DNA of 64,000 nt from Calcarisporiella thermophila CBS 279.70 (GCF_041956535.1 NW_027192218.1:306784-370783); one strand, 5' to 3'. Counted from the stretch's first letter, positions 1-16,285 are shown. Numbers and translations: made by a program. The notes: a model not told the origin generated them from the letters alone.

Positions 1-53
1 CTCTTTTCCATCCTCTTACGACCTCTAATTGACAATCGCATTGATCTCTCCAG

Positions 54-2729
<2,676 letters not shown>

Positions 2730-4856
2730 CAAGCTGAGCCACCGTTGTAATTTTTCATGTCTAGTTTATTATACACCTGTGTATGGATTAGTTTTTTGAG
2801 GGTTTTGCGCGGAGGGGTTCCATGCTCCCTCCTCTCTATTTTTTTCTTGTTGTTGATTTGACGCAGGAGGCGTCCAGAGCGGAGCCTGCGCGAGGGGATT
2901 GTCCTTGCGTCATCAATAAAGGTTTTGTGGGCCCGCGACTAGGCCCAAGGTAGTTTGACTTGGTTTCGTGGTGATGGGGGTGTCCTTCCAATCATCCCAA
3001 TCTCCCCCCGCCAAAGTGGCGATTGGCCGGTCGAGGAGGGGGGGGGGGCATGACCCAAATCGAGTGCTGAGTTGGGGGGGCGGATTCCTTCGGCCAGTCT
3101 TACCGAGCATTTGCAGTACAGCGAAGGCTCTGCTGGCTCTATGGTTCGGCCGAGCAATTCGTTCGCATGGAAGCTTCCAATTCCAGTCAAGTGGGGGAGG
3201 CAGTATAAGGAAAGTCCATTGACATAAGCGAAGGGGACGCTGCGGAGGCCCGAAATAACGGTGAGAAAGGAAAGCGCCCACGAGTGGCTCGGAATTTGCC
3301 GTTGGGATGGGGGCTTATCGGTGAGACCCTTCAAATGGTCCAGGCGCTGTGCTTTTTTGGGGGGAGATGTCAAGGAGCAATCCTAGTGGGCCGTTTCTCG
3401 GTGGCAAGGGAGCCGAACCCAAGCATGTTCCCTGAGGATGCCCCTAGCACGAGTACAGCGGTGATGCTAAGTCAGGCGCATTCGATGGCCGGATCAGGCC
3501 CAGCGCGGCCGGGCTCGAGGGCTCGACTGCGGCTTGTCCGGCCGGGAAAACGGGAGGCTCCCCAATGGTGCTCCATTAATTTGTTCCAGGGGGCGACCCC
3601 AAATGGGCGGCAACGGGTGGGGATGTGCCCAATGTTGGCCGAGGTCATGGCCGTGGCGGCCCCCCAAAGAGGCCGCATCGACCGTCGAGGTCGAATCTAC
3701 TGCGCTACACTTGGAATTTCCATTACATAACGCAAACTCCCCCCTAAGCACTTGATTTCCCATTCCGACGAGCATCTTGCCGCCCCATCTTCTCGCTTAT
3801 CAGCTTCCCCCCAGTGCTAGCATCAGCGCGCCGTTGGAGACCGGAGGCTCCGACAGCAGGCTGGCCTGGTCGAATTGGCGGCCTCGCAGCGATGGCCGGG
3901 CCATTGCTCGGCTCGACTCCAGGCCCCCCGAAGCCGGGAAGCGCCCCCTTTCCGCATTGGCGAATCCGGGGCATCTGATTGGGCGATGGGTGGATGGCTT
4001 AGCGCGATGCCTTTTTCGTCGCCCCCTCCCCTCTCTTGGCAGAGCCTCCGCTGAGGGGCTCGCATGATCAAGGCCCGCGAGGATCCAAGCCACCGCAGTG
4101 AAACAGGGAGGTCGAGTGAATACGGTGTCACTCTAGTTTAGTGTTGGTGACGAGGAGCGAGCAGCGAGCAAGTCGGACAGAGGCAGGGCGGCGCGGATTG
4201 GCTGGGGGGGGGGGGGCGGCGAGATAATACAATGCTGGTGAGCAGGCATGAGCCAAAATATGAAATCTCTAACACAAATTCGATGCGCAGCCAACTCTTT
4301 TTTTGTGGTGTTTCTTTTCTCTCTTTGGGAGGCGTTTCCCCCCTATCTTGCTCTGCCTTCTCAGCTCGGCTCGCTTCCCCTCTTGATTCTCGGGCTCGGT
4401 GCATCCCTCGCCGCCGTCTCGCCGCAACTGCCGCCTCGCCCGCCCCCGCATCGGTGCCCCTCTTTTCGCAAGCTTCAACGCCATTGCCGCACCCCTGACC
4501 CATCCCACCTGTTTAACATCTCAGCTGTTTCATTGCCTCTATTTTCCCTTTTCTGGTTGGATCTTGATTGAGATCCTCTATGCTGCGGGTGTCTCCCCAT
4601 CCCCATCTCCTCCCCATTGTCGATTGACTAGTGCCGTCTTAGCTGGACATCCCCTCCATCCCCTTCCCCCATTGCTGCCCGCCGCCTCCATTCCTCCCTC
4701 TCATCCCCATCCCGCACAACCTGCCTCTGTGCCTCCATCCACATTCTGCAGGAGGGGGGGAACAGCACCTTGAATCGTTTTAATTAATCCGCATTTCGTT
4801 GATCAACCGATCTTGTCCCCTTCTCTGCTTGTCTGCATCCGATCACCAAGCATAGA

Positions 4857-7800
4857 ATGCATGACTACGTCGTGTACGCTCCTCCCTCCGATCTCGCCGA
4901 CATTGACACCGATTTCTTCAGGCAGTGGGATCTCGATCGCGTGCTCAGCTGGCTGAATGACCATGGATTCGAGCAGTACTGCTCCACGTTTCGAAGTACT
5001 TCATCCTTTGCTTTGTCAGGCTGCGGCCTGGCCCCTCATCCCTTGCTCACCGCCTCTCTTTGTTTAGACCACAGGGTCCAGGGCAAGGAATTCTTCGGCC
5101 TCACCCAGACACAGCTGCGCGAGCTGCTGCCAAAGTCCCACTACAGCGAGCGGCAAAAACTGCTGAGCGCTATCCGCACCATGATCGATATACCAGCATC
5201 ACCCAAATCCAGCACATCACTAGAACAGGTATTGTCTTAGCCTCTTGATGGTGTCGCATTCCCTCACCCCCCTCTCCTCTGCCCATCCGCTCATCCCGCA
5301 ATGATTGCGTTTTTTTTTTCATCAATTTTTTTTTCTGTTAGCATCCGGCATCGTGCGACTTAAAGCCAGTCAATAGCTCATCAGAAATCACACCCCCTCT
5401 GTCATCCAGTTCCGATTTACTTAGACAACCACGAAGTAATCCGACGGATCCTGCCAACCGTCCTCTCGACGGCGCCTACCGGTCCTCGCCCAATAGCGGC
5501 CGCCCTTCCCCAATGCCTACCCCGCCTGAATCGTCCGGAGGCAGCAGCCTGCAGCAGCCTCCCACCACCTCAACCGCCGCAAATGGTCTCTCGCCGCCTG
5601 TCATCGCCCCGCGCACCTCTTCTCGTGACTACACGACCAAGATAAGCGCCAATTCCGCCTATTCGCCCTCTCCTACGATCCAGGGCTTTGCTACCACGGG
5701 TGCTATGGCCAGCGCACTGCCGGCCACGGCCCCCCCCATGCAGACGCTCCCCTCGTCGTTTAGTCAGAAGAGAGAAAATATTCCCGCTGCTCTGCAGACC
5801 CAGCTGATGCGCAGCATCACTCCCGTGGGCGGGAATGCCGCAGCGGTGGTGTCGGCGGAGGATCAGAGACAAGCCAGCCCGCGGTCTCCAAAGAACTCTC
5901 CATCGGAAATTGTGGGAAAATTGCTGCGTCCTTTTCACCGGAGAACCCCAAGTAGTCCGGTAAGTGTACATAATGATTCGATGACCGCCCCCCCTTCCCT
6001 CCTCGAGCTGGGTATTTACGCTGGCTTATTTCTCTTGATAGAAATCCTCGGAATTCCTACGTGTAATGCCCCCTCTACTGCGCGAGTGGATTTCTCCCGG
6101 ATTTGCTTACTGACTTTGATGTTTCTTTTTGTCTGTAGAAAAACGTGATTCGGGTGACCATGGATAAGGAGCTCTACATCGAGCTCGATGTGACGGGCAT
6201 GGACAATCCGCATGCCATTCGTGATAAGATTCGCGAGAAGCTGTCGACACGAATACCGATGCCCAAGAACGTGTCAAACGCCTCCCTCTATTTAATCGAC
6301 AACTACACCTCGGGTGGGTCCTCTGCATTCCCCATTGTCTTCGGATCCGTGGCTAATTACCTATTATTCCATGGGCCTCTTTTTTTCAGATGCAATCCTA
6401 CTCTCAGATCCTGAATTGATCCGATTATGCAAGTCTGCTGACCCTAATGCGACCCTAAGGCTGCTTTTTATGCATGAGGAGCCGCCGCCCCCTCCACCCA
6501 AATCAGAGCAGGCGCTTCCCCCCACCCCTAATAATCCCGATCGGCGATCAACCGCAGAGAAGCGATACTCAGGTATGGCGCGAAGTCGGCGCGATTGATT
6601 CACCCATGCTTACCATTTTTTTTTTCAATCTTCCACCCCATCAGAGGAGTCACCCTCCTCCTACCGATCGCCGATTAGTTCGACCGGTTTTGCACACTCG
6701 GACCAGAAGAAATCCCCGACGGCTGTAGGCCGTGACCACGCTGGATCGTTCCCGACTGGCTCTGGGCAGAATGGGCCACCGCCAAGAAGCACCCATACTC
6801 CTGCTCCTCCCCTTGCCGCCCCCGCTCCCCCACCCCTCTCCTCCCTTGCCCATCACCAGGCACGTGCCAACCAGGATGCAGTCCGGCATATTCCCACCTC
6901 ACAGCCGATTCCACCTGGCCAAGCCCCCATGAAGCAAAACCACTTCATCCCGCCGAACCGACAGCCCCTGCCGCACGCCCGCCAAGCCTCCGGCGACATG
7001 CACCACGCGAGACAGCCTTCGCCCGGCCATCAAGTCGTCTCTCCCCAGCTCCCCTCCCCCATCCGGACCGCTCAAACCTCGCCCCCCTCCAACCGTGACG
7101 CGCACCCCCCCCTAAATGGATACCCGCCTGAGCACGGTGCAAACCGGTTGGCCCCCAGCCCTTATCCTCCCCAAACGCAACCCCTCCCGGGAGCGATGCA
7201 GAGCTCTGCGGGGATGCGAAACCCGCCCCTGAACATGTCGCACCGAAACTTCTCCTCGTCGTTTGGAACGCCCCACTTCTCCAGCCCCGAAGCCGAGGCA
7301 ATGGCCCAATACCATCGCACGGTGGCGGTGCGGCCGTCCACGGCCGAGTTCGATGAACGCGCACGGGGCTGGCCTGGGGCACGGCAAGGCGGAGGTCCCA
7401 ACGGGGGGATGCCGCGCCCGGGGGGCTATCCATCCGATAGAAACTACTTGGCTTCGCGGCCTGGCATCCGCCCTCCGCCCATCACCGCACCCCCAGCGTC
7501 GATGCGCGCGAGCCCGGCTCCCTCCAATCCCTATAGTGCCCCGATGGTTCCCGCGGTGAGAGACGATGTCCGGCGGATGTTCCCGCCACCCCTGAAGCCC
7601 CAGGCACGACAGCTGGTGCGGCCGCCCGTATTAAATAAGGAGCATGGTCGCTACGAGATCACGCCGACGACGGTGCACCAGGACTCCATGCCGCGTCACG
7701 CGGGCGGCGGAAACGCACCCTATCTCCCGCCCCAAGACGGAGCGGGTGGATTTGGGCGGATGAAACGCAGCAGCGGCGAATTCGTGCCCGACATGCACGG

Positions 7801-9977
7801 GGCCTCCCACCACCCACCCCGGTCCCCGCAACTCTCGGCCCACCCCCCCCACCACTCTCCGTACCCAACCTCCGGCACGCCCCAGCCCTCCGGCTATGGC
7901 CACATCCGACACCTAAGCCACGACCACCTGCCGCGCACCCGAAGCAGCTGGGAGCCCGGCGTGGGGAAACAGCACGCCGACGCCTCCAGCAACACAAGTG
8001 CACACCGGCATTCGCATGACAACATGGAGTCGGTGCGGCCGTCGAGACCCCCGGACCAAAGGAGATCGTACGAGCAGCTGGAGTACTGGCAGAATCCGGG
8101 GACGCTCCCCCCTCCGCCGCCGCCATCCCTATCGAAGGAGGGGCCCTCGGCGGGAATCAGGGGGAGCGGGGGTGAGCGCGTCTCTTGGGAGCTCGGCGGC
8201 TCGGGAGCCAACGGCGGCGGCCCTTCCAGGGGTCTGGAGTGGGACAAGACCGAGGTTCAGGACTATGAGCTCCCCTCGAATCGGTCGCCCGTTGGAGCCA
8301 TGGCCTCCAGCAAGCAAACGCCGCCTCCCCCCCCGCCCCCACCCTCCCTGCCCCCCATGACCACGGCTCGCCGGAATGGGTCGGAGCTGATGGAGAATCC
8401 GTCGGGCGCCGGGGGCACGGATGAGCCCGAGTTCTGGGGCGAGCGTCCCCCCACCGAGCTGGTCTACGACAACTTGGACCGCTACTTCCGCGACCACGAC
8501 CTCGACCGGCCGATCATCGCCGACCCGGTGGTGCCGGACAAGAAGTCCGGGATCCAATATCGCAAGTCGATCCGGTATGTGGCGAACGAGGCACGCCGGA
8601 AAATGTCCATCCACCAGACCCCCGCGGCGGACCAGCAGCGGCAGCCACCGTCGGAGCAGAATAAGGCCGAGGCGCCGAAATCGGCGGGGCAGATTCTCCG
8701 GAGGAAGAGCACGAAGATGTGGGGCGCCAAGGTGGCGGAGGTGAAGCCGCTTCCGCCGCCCCCGCCCACGATTTCGGAGTCGGCGGGTGCGGAGGTGTCT
8801 CCCGGGGCGCCTCCGCAAGACCTGGGGCCGGCGGTGATCAGCGTGCCCGCGGGGGGGGTTGGCGAGGAGCAGACGCCGCCCAAAATCCACTGGGTCAAGG
8901 GTGAGCTGATCGGAAAGGGGTCGTTTGGACGCGTGTTCATGGCCCTCAACGTCTCCACGGGGGAGATGATTGCCGTCAAGCAGGTGGAGCTCCCCACCAC
9001 CAAGTCGGACATGCTCTGCCAGCGCCAGCGCAGCATGGTGGATGCCCTCTACTCGGAGATCGAGATGCTCAAGGACCTCGACCACGAGAACATCGTGCAG
9101 TACCTTGGGTTCGAGGTCACGGAGACCGAGATCAACCTGTTCCTGGAGTACGTGCCCGGTGGCAGCGTCCAGAGCTGCTTGGCCCGCTTCGGGCCGTTCG
9201 ACGAGCCGCTCATTCGCCACATGACGCGGCAGATCCTCCAGGGCCTGTCGTATCTGCACGAGCGCAACCTCCTGCACCGCGACATCAAGGCCGCCAACAT
9301 CCTGGTCGACGACGAGGGCACGTGCAAGATCTCCGACTTCGGCCTCTCGAAGAAGAATGACCGAGCCGCGTACGAGCAGAACTCGAGGATGTCGCTGCAG
9401 GGCTCCGTGTACTGGATGGCGCCCGAGGTGGTGAAGGAGGAGGCCTACTCCGCCAAGGTCGACGTCTGGAGCCTGGGCTGCCTATTGTTGGAGATGGTGA
9501 CGGGCGAGCGGCCGTGGATGGGGCTGCAGGAGTGGAGCGCCCTCTACCAGCTCGGCCAATACAAGGCCCCGCCTATTCCGGGGACGGGAGTGTCGGAGGA
9601 ACTGCGGGATTTCCTGGAGCAATGCTTTATCATGTGAGTATCTGAAGCACTGCCCCCTCGAGGGCTCACTCTAGCTTACATTGACCACCCTTGTCTTTTT
9701 CCTACCTCCCAGTGACCCCAAGGAGCGGCCCAAGGCATCCGAACTCCTCGACCATCCCTTCTGTGCCCCCGATCCGGATTTCGACTTCCGCGAGCACATG
9801 TATCTGTGGCAGACACAGCAAACGCTACAGCGGTTGCTTAAACAGCAAATCGAAGAGGCCAAGGACAATGAGGCCAAGGACAGGCTCGACCAGGAGAAGG
9901 AAAGGGAGAAAGATATGCGCGAGAGTGGGTATGGAGAGAGTATGTTCTCAAAGTGTCGGCCAAGCGTTATTATATGA
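4857..9977 (+). CDS. BCK1: MAP kinase kinase kinase, Bck1/Mkh1-like, with N-terminal SAM domain; multi-exon
   Basis: SAM-like WDLDRVLSWLNDHGFEQY. Bck1-type pre-kinase motifs RPPTELVYDNLDRYFRDHDLDRPII, RKSIR and LRRKSTKMWG. Kinase motifs GKGSFG, AVK, HRDIKAAN, DFG, GSVYWMAPE. Last exon after the intron at 9634-9712. Confidence 0.85.
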
Positions 9978-10850
9978 TGACGAGCGAGGAAAAAAACATA
10001 GGTCAAGGTGCCGATGGTTCTTTCTGTTCGTATGTTCTTTTTTGTGCTTTTTTCTTTATTATGCTATTCGGTTCGTCCTCTACATCCTCGGTGTATATGG
10101 ATATATGGGCATGCGATCAAGATCCATAGGTCTATATATGCTTTTATTAATCCGCTTTATTTTTTTTTTCCTTGGATGAGGGTATTAAAAGGTTTTCTTC
10201 TTTCTTATTATTATTTCTTTTTATTTTATGTATATATATTAACATCTCATTTTTTTTCAGTTTTTTTTTTACATAATCATTTTCCTTCTTAATAATTATG
10301 GATTTTCTCTTCTTTTCCTTTTAACCAGTACAAATAAAAATAACAGCATTTCATTACGATGGGGCCCCCCTTAGCTATGAAATACGACTTCTTTCCTCAG
10401 CCTGGAGGGGGTGTCATTGGATGGTTTGTGGAGAGCGAACGAAATGCTGGGAGAATTAACAAGAGTGGGGAAAAAAACGCGTCACTGTCGAGTTAGGTAT
10501 TGTGGCATTGCACAGGGGGTATGAGCTCCCAAGAACTAGGCTATAGCCGGCAAATTTCTATAATCGGCAAATTTGACACTAAGGAAAGGGATGGGGCCAT
10601 GGCCGAGAATTTGGTGCGGAGCGACGCGGTCGGCAGAAGGCCAAAGGCGGGGTTTCTGATTGATTTGAAGATCAGAGCTCTTTTTTTTAACCGGCATACC
10701 TTTGCAAACACTCGTGTTCTGTGGCATAGTCGGATTGTTATTTATTTTTCCCTGCTCCCTTGACGAATACACTCCTCTTTTAGTTTTTGTGCTTTGGGAT
10801 CGTTAACTCGAATCGACACCGCCCCATCTTATTGCTGGCTTTGCAAGATA

Positions 10851-11219
10851 ATGAAGGTTGATAACCTACTCACCGTCGCCTGGTCTGCCGGGCTGCTCCT
10901 TTTCGCGTCCACCCACACCCATGCCTCCCCGGTCTTAGAGCAGCGTGATCTCGGGTTTGGCAACCTGACCGCCGGTGGAAACCAATACATTGCCGAGTCG
11001 AATATCAACAACTCCAATCTCTCCGGCGACTTTGCGGGCGCCATCATCCAGGGAAACACGCAGTGGATCCGAGAGTATGAGGAGAGAAAGAAGGCCAACC
11101 AACAAGGGCAGAAGCTGCCGATGAACGAATTGCCGGGGCTAATCAAGCGGCCGCTGACCATGCTTCCGAATCGGTCTCAACACCGCGGCCAACGCAAGCT
11201 TCCACACCAAGGACAGTAG
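10851..11219 (+). CDS. Small secreted protein (~122 aa), unknown function
   Basis: ATG at 10851 gives MKVDNLLTVAWSAGLLLFASTHTHA-SPVLEQR, a signal peptide plus propeptide-like segment. Intronless and Asn/Gly-rich. Confidence 0.65.
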   Translation: MKVDNLLTVAWSAGLLLFASTHTHASPVLEQRDLGFGNLTAGGNQYIAESNINNSNLSGDFAGAIIQGNTQWIREYEERKKANQQGQKLPMNELPGLIKRPLTMLPNRSQHRGQRKLPHQGQ

Positions 11220-11715
11220 GCGGGTGGGGTAGGCAATGGGGAAGAGGAAGAGAGAAGGAGCGATGTTATCCATGGATACTTGTCATGTTATCTTTTTAAC
11301 GAGAGCTGATTAAATTATCGCATTATTTATTTTCATTTCTATGATCGGAAAATGACAAGCTATGGTTTGATTAGCCTAAAATACAACACGAGGGGATCAA
11401 GCAAAACTAAATTAAAGGGCGCCGCTTAAACTTGAAGGGCTAATAAAGCCACACCCGTATGATTGAAGAGGGGAGAATAGAGTAGTATCGAAGGATTGGA
11501 AGGAGCGGAGGGAGGTAGGATGTAAAAGGAGAGCATAACATACCATACATACATAAAGGAATGGAAAATGGGGGGTCTAAACTCAAAGGAATGGCAGGGG
11601 AACAAAGGGAAGGAGAAGGCGGGAGGAAGAGGGGGAGAGTCGGAGATAGAGAAAATAGGGAGAGGGGCGGTTCTCAGAAGAATAAGCCAAAGGAGTGTAA
11701 CAGGTAGGCTGCTAA

Positions 11716-13974
11716 TCAAACATTTTCTTCCTCATTTGTCCTTGGCTCGCTCCATTTCCAGCTGCCTATCCATCGGTCTAAACGCTTTACAATGGCGCCG
11801 GATGACCTCAGAATTCCGTCCGCGACAGGGTCTATCATCTTTCTTGTTTCGTGCATCAGAGAAAAGTAGCTTGTGCCGGGGATGACGGTGAGAGCAGCTG
11901 CCCGAGGATGTGGGGACGAAGGAGGCTGGCTTGTTAGAGCAATAAGCTGGCTATTCCGCTCGACCGCGGCCACGTATCCGGCCTGAATTTCATTTCCTGT
12001 CATGCGGAGGTGGCCGATCTCCAGGAGGAGATCCACCACAAGTTTGACGACCAGTTTGCTTAAATCGGTCGCATCGCCACACGCGTCTGCCTCCTTCCTA
12101 TTCGTGGGACAAGGCTCCTCGTCGGTTGAATCGCTCTTATCGTTCAGCCTATGTAGGCCTTGGACCTGCTGCATGACCTCGGCAATGATTCGGTTGCTCA
12201 CGTGCACGATCGCCTCCATTTCGAATGGCCTGCGTAATCCCCTATTCACCATTCTGATATCAGAAGCCTTCAGCTGCTGTAATAGCTTTGCGCCTTCGTC
12301 GCAGACTTGTGTGATCGTGTTATGCCACTGGTCCTCATGAGTCGAACGCTCTGCAGTCCTCTGTTTCTCGGTGCACTGTAACGCCTCGGTGAGCAATGAG
12401 GTTCCCAAGGCCCACTCCTTGGAATCACCCTCTGGCAAAGGAGAGGGGGGATCGCTAGAGGCACTGTTTTCGCTGAAGTTGGATTTGCTTGTGGAGGCCG
12501 AGAGGCTGGCCTCGAGAGGGGGGCTGAGGGTGGAGGGGTGAAGCTGATTTAGCTGCGACTGCAGGAGATGATAGTGGTGATGGTGGACGACCACCTTCTG
12601 CTTCGAATTGGTGCGACGCCTGGGTTGCTGCACCGGGAAGTTGAAGAGTCTTTGCTTCACTCGGGGCTTTGACTTCTCCCCTGCCTCACCATCATCAGGA
12701 TGTGCTTCATTCACGGAAGAACCGAGTGGGAATGATTCGCTCCATGGGCTTGAAGGCGAAGGGGTGAGGAGAGCGTCTGGATCGGATCTGGTAAACTCCG
12801 ATTGGAGAGAGAGGTCCATCTCTGGAAGTGCTCGCTCAGATTGCGGGGTTTGGCTAGAAGGACGGGTAGGTGTAAACAGAGCGCTGGAGGAGGCGTGCTC
12901 TTGGTGAGAGAGCGACTCCGGGGTAGGAGGAAGATTCTTGTTAGTTGTCGAGCTGAGAGACTCTTCGTGAGCTTTGGACTGCTATTTCCCGAGGTTAAAT
13001 GTCAGAATATTAATAGAATTAAAATCAAATGGAGGATACCGTGATATTTACTCGTAACTTTTCTCGTAATCTCTCATTCATCTCCTTCAGCCACCTCAAT
13101 TGCTCCATCTGTTCGCCGGACATGCTGGTGTCCTGCTGCTCTTGCTTCATCGTTTCGTATTCGTTTGCCAGTCCGTCGTATTTCATCTTCAGCTTCTTCC
13201 ACCTCGCCTGGGTTGCAATCTCGCTTTTCCTCGCGGAAGCCAATTCTTCTTCCAACTTCTCCACGCGTACTTTGAAGCTCTCCTCGCGTTCGGTCGCCTG
13301 GCGCACGCGAGCCTGTGCCCCACTGAGTCTCTCGATCTCAACTTGCTGCGCTTCAATATCCTGGAGAAGCTTTTTAACTCGAATTTCTGCGTGCTCAAGG
13401 TCCAATACGGTAGCCTTTGCTTCCTGTTCCAAAATTTTGTGAGATGTCGTGCGTATGAGCTGGTTAGCCACTGGACAATTCCTTCTATTACCTGTTCGGC
13501 TCTGGCCTTGTCTCTCTCTAGCTGATCCTTTTCTTCTCCCAGGGACCTTATCCTACCTTCTGCCTGTATTAGCGTAAGGCGGAGCACATCTTTTGCCTCT
13601 TTCTAAGAGAAATTAAAGAGTTTGCATTAGATAAAGGGAACGGCAATACTGCCATTATGATAATAAAGCAAGAGTTCTCACCTGTTCCTGCAGCAGCTCT
13701 CTTGTCTTCCTCAGTTCCGTGATGTAGACATCCTGCTGAGATAATAAATGTTGTCCAAACTCTATATCAACCATAGCCAAACTAAGCATGCAATGTTTCG
13801 TGAAAATGGCCATAGAAAAGAGGGCCAACCTCCTGCAAGCCTAAGCTTCTCCTCCACTCTCTCGCGGCTACTGCACATCCCGTGGCCACAGCAACAGATG
13901 GCTTCCTCGGTTTGGGGAAGGGGGTTCGTTCCTGCGGGATTCAATGACTCATCAGTGGACGGGGTAGGGTGCAT
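11716..13974 (-). CDS. Long coiled-coil protein with N-terminal CCCG..C and CC1-box-like motif; multi-exon
   Basis: Spliced exons read ICCCGHGMC..LRLAG|EFGQHLL, then heptad-rich exons (~13050-13600), a Ser/Pro-rich linker and a helical C-terminal ORF (11716-12819). Confidence 0.7.
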
Positions 13975-14811
13975 GTAATGTAACAAGCTCTAGGTAACGT
14001 TAAGAGAGAAGGGGAGGAATCAGGATTTTGGGAAGAGGTAAATAAGTAATGAATACCACAGCAGGGTTTCAGATTTATTATTCTTTTCATTGATCATCTC
14101 GGGGGGCGATTACGCTTTTTTTTGGATTTGATCGCTCACTTTTTTAATTTTCGCCACTTGATTTTTAGAGTGTTTGCGAGCCCGATTTGCCTGATTTTAT
14201 TCCTATTCCAATATGAAATTCGCACACTATGGGGAAGTCCTAAAGAAATCGGAATCGACATAGTGTATTCATCCCAAAGATAGAGAGAGACAAAAAAAAA
14301 AGATAAATCTGCGCTATATGAACAAGGATATATGGAACTTTTTTTTAATGTGTTCCGAATCCATTTCAGAGACAATCAAATATAGTATGGAGTTAAGGAT
14401 GTCAATCTTTTCCATGGTAACATACCATCCAGCTTAATAAAATGCATTTAAATATTACTGCTATTCTTTAAATCTGTTTTCACTTAGCTATTCCAGATTG
14501 TATAATAATATAGGGATTGGGTCAAAACTAGCAAGGTACGCTGACCGTGGCAAGGTCCATACTCATTCACCGACTGAATGGTTGGACGCGATTGAGATTG
14601 GGACTTTTATTTATACCTCTTGTATTCAAAAGAGATTACACAAATCAGCTACACGGTCAAAACTATATTTGAAAATGGGGCGAGTGCAGTCATATTCGCA
14701 TCCTTCACAGAAACAAAAGCATTTGTTTATAAAATTTAATAGTAATGCACAACTACATAGAGGAGATAGAGGGAGAAAAAATGGGGGAGAAAATTGTTCA
14801 ACTTAATAAAA

Positions 14812-16077
14812 CTATGCTCGCATCTTATCACTCTTGACAGCCACTCGCCGCATGGCCCCAGCACCCTTTCGAATCATCGCTACGTCGTCTATTCGTTCAT
14901 CGTCCTTCAGTGTGTGGCTGTTGTTTGGACCTTGGAACGGTCGGCGCTTGCTAGTCTTGGGCTCATTTGTTTCCAATCCACGTTTGCGTAGGTTGCGCTT
15001 TTGGTGAAGAGAGGCATGTGTTTCGATACTCATGTCTGAATTAACAAAAGAAATGTTATGGATGAAAAAAAAAAAAATCCATATAAAAAATTGAATCACC
15101 ATTGCTGATATCAATGTTATCTTTATCCTCTTTGAGCTTTCTTCTTCTTTCCTCTATTGCTGCAAGCATTCGCTCTCTCAGGCCTTGCCTCTCCATCTAT
15201 ATTTTTTTTTCCAATTGCATTAGTTACCCAGCTACAATAGAGCTGACACCTGTAAACCACGCTCACCGTATATTCCTCCTCCGCTCTTGTCGTTTCTGTT
15301 TCGTACTGCTTACGCGCGCAAGCAACTTGGTAGTCTCTGAAAAGCTTTGCTTTCTGAACCATTGCGTTCTGAGAAGCCTGAAGGTCGGCAAGACGCTCAA
15401 GGAACTCGGGGTGCGTTCCATCTTCTAGCTCACGCATTTCATTTTGAAATGCTTGTATGTTATCGCGGTATATTCTGAAAAAGAACACACGATCAGATTA
15501 AAAATTAATAGGAAAAGAAACAGCACAGAGAGTTGGAAAAAGCAAACTCTACATTTCACGATTCTCCAAGAACTCCTGCTCCATCTTAGAGAGACGCTCC
15601 GTCACCTCACGCCGCTTCCGATCACGTTTGCTCTCTGGTTCACGAGCCTCTTCTAAAAGGTAAAAATATATTACAGAGAGGATAAAAAAATCAGCGGTTA
15701 GAAATCCAATCTTAGGAGTGAAGTAAGAAATATGATTCACCGTCATCCCAACCAGAGGCTCTCCAGTCACCTTCTTCCTCCAGTTCTTCTTCGCCCCTCC
15801 GCCACTCCTCATCCGGCACTCTTCGGTGTCGTGACGCAGGAGGCGTGGCTCTCGATGCCGCCACTGTTAGTGCGCGCGACGGGGTCAATGCAGTTGCCGG
15901 CTTTGCGGTGCGTTTACGATGAGACTGCTGCTGCTGCTGGTTTTGGTGCTGGTCCCACTCCTCCTCGTCGTCCCGGAAATCTTCTTCTTCTTCGCCCATT
16001 TCAAGATAATTAATGGGAGCAAGGCCACGATCGGGCCGATCCTTTTGGATGCGTTTAGAAATGTTTGTCGTAGTCAT
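14812..16077 (-). CDS. Sds3-like (Sin3/Rpd3 HDAC complex) protein; multi-exon
   Basis: ESKRDRKRREVTERLSKMEQEFLENRE and ELEDGTHPEF..FRDYQV match Sds3/BRMS1-family coiled-coil motifs; C-terminal KRNLRKR. Confidence 0.8.
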
Positions 16078-16212
16078 AAAATGGAAGGGAGGCCTGAATT
16101 GTTTAAAGAAGAAACAGTGAAGTAAAAAGAAAATAGTTTTCCAAGCGATTCAATCTCAGATCTGACATTTCATATAATATAGTTCATTTTGGATTAATTT
16201 TTCAGGTGTTCA

Positions 16213-16285
16213 GGTTCCATAGTGTAATTGGTTAGCACCCAGGACTCTGAATCCTGTAATCTGAGTTCGAGTCTCAGTGGAACCA
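16213..16285 (+). tRNA. tRNA-Gln (anticodon CTG)
   Basis: GGTTCCA/TGGAACC acceptor stem, CAGGA-CT-CTG-AA-TCCTG anticodon arm, GTTCGAG T-loop, T7 terminator just downstream. Confidence 0.97.

Noticed and set aside
3208-3320. GGAAAGTCC..GGGGCTTA resembling RNase P/MRP CR-I and CR-V
   Set aside because: Only ~110 nt apart and no convincing intervening helices; needs an Rfam scan.
8129-9277. 382-aa antisense ORF and many overlapping ORFs at 3-9.6 kb
   Set aside because: Shadow of the high-GC3 kinase codons; no motifs of their own.
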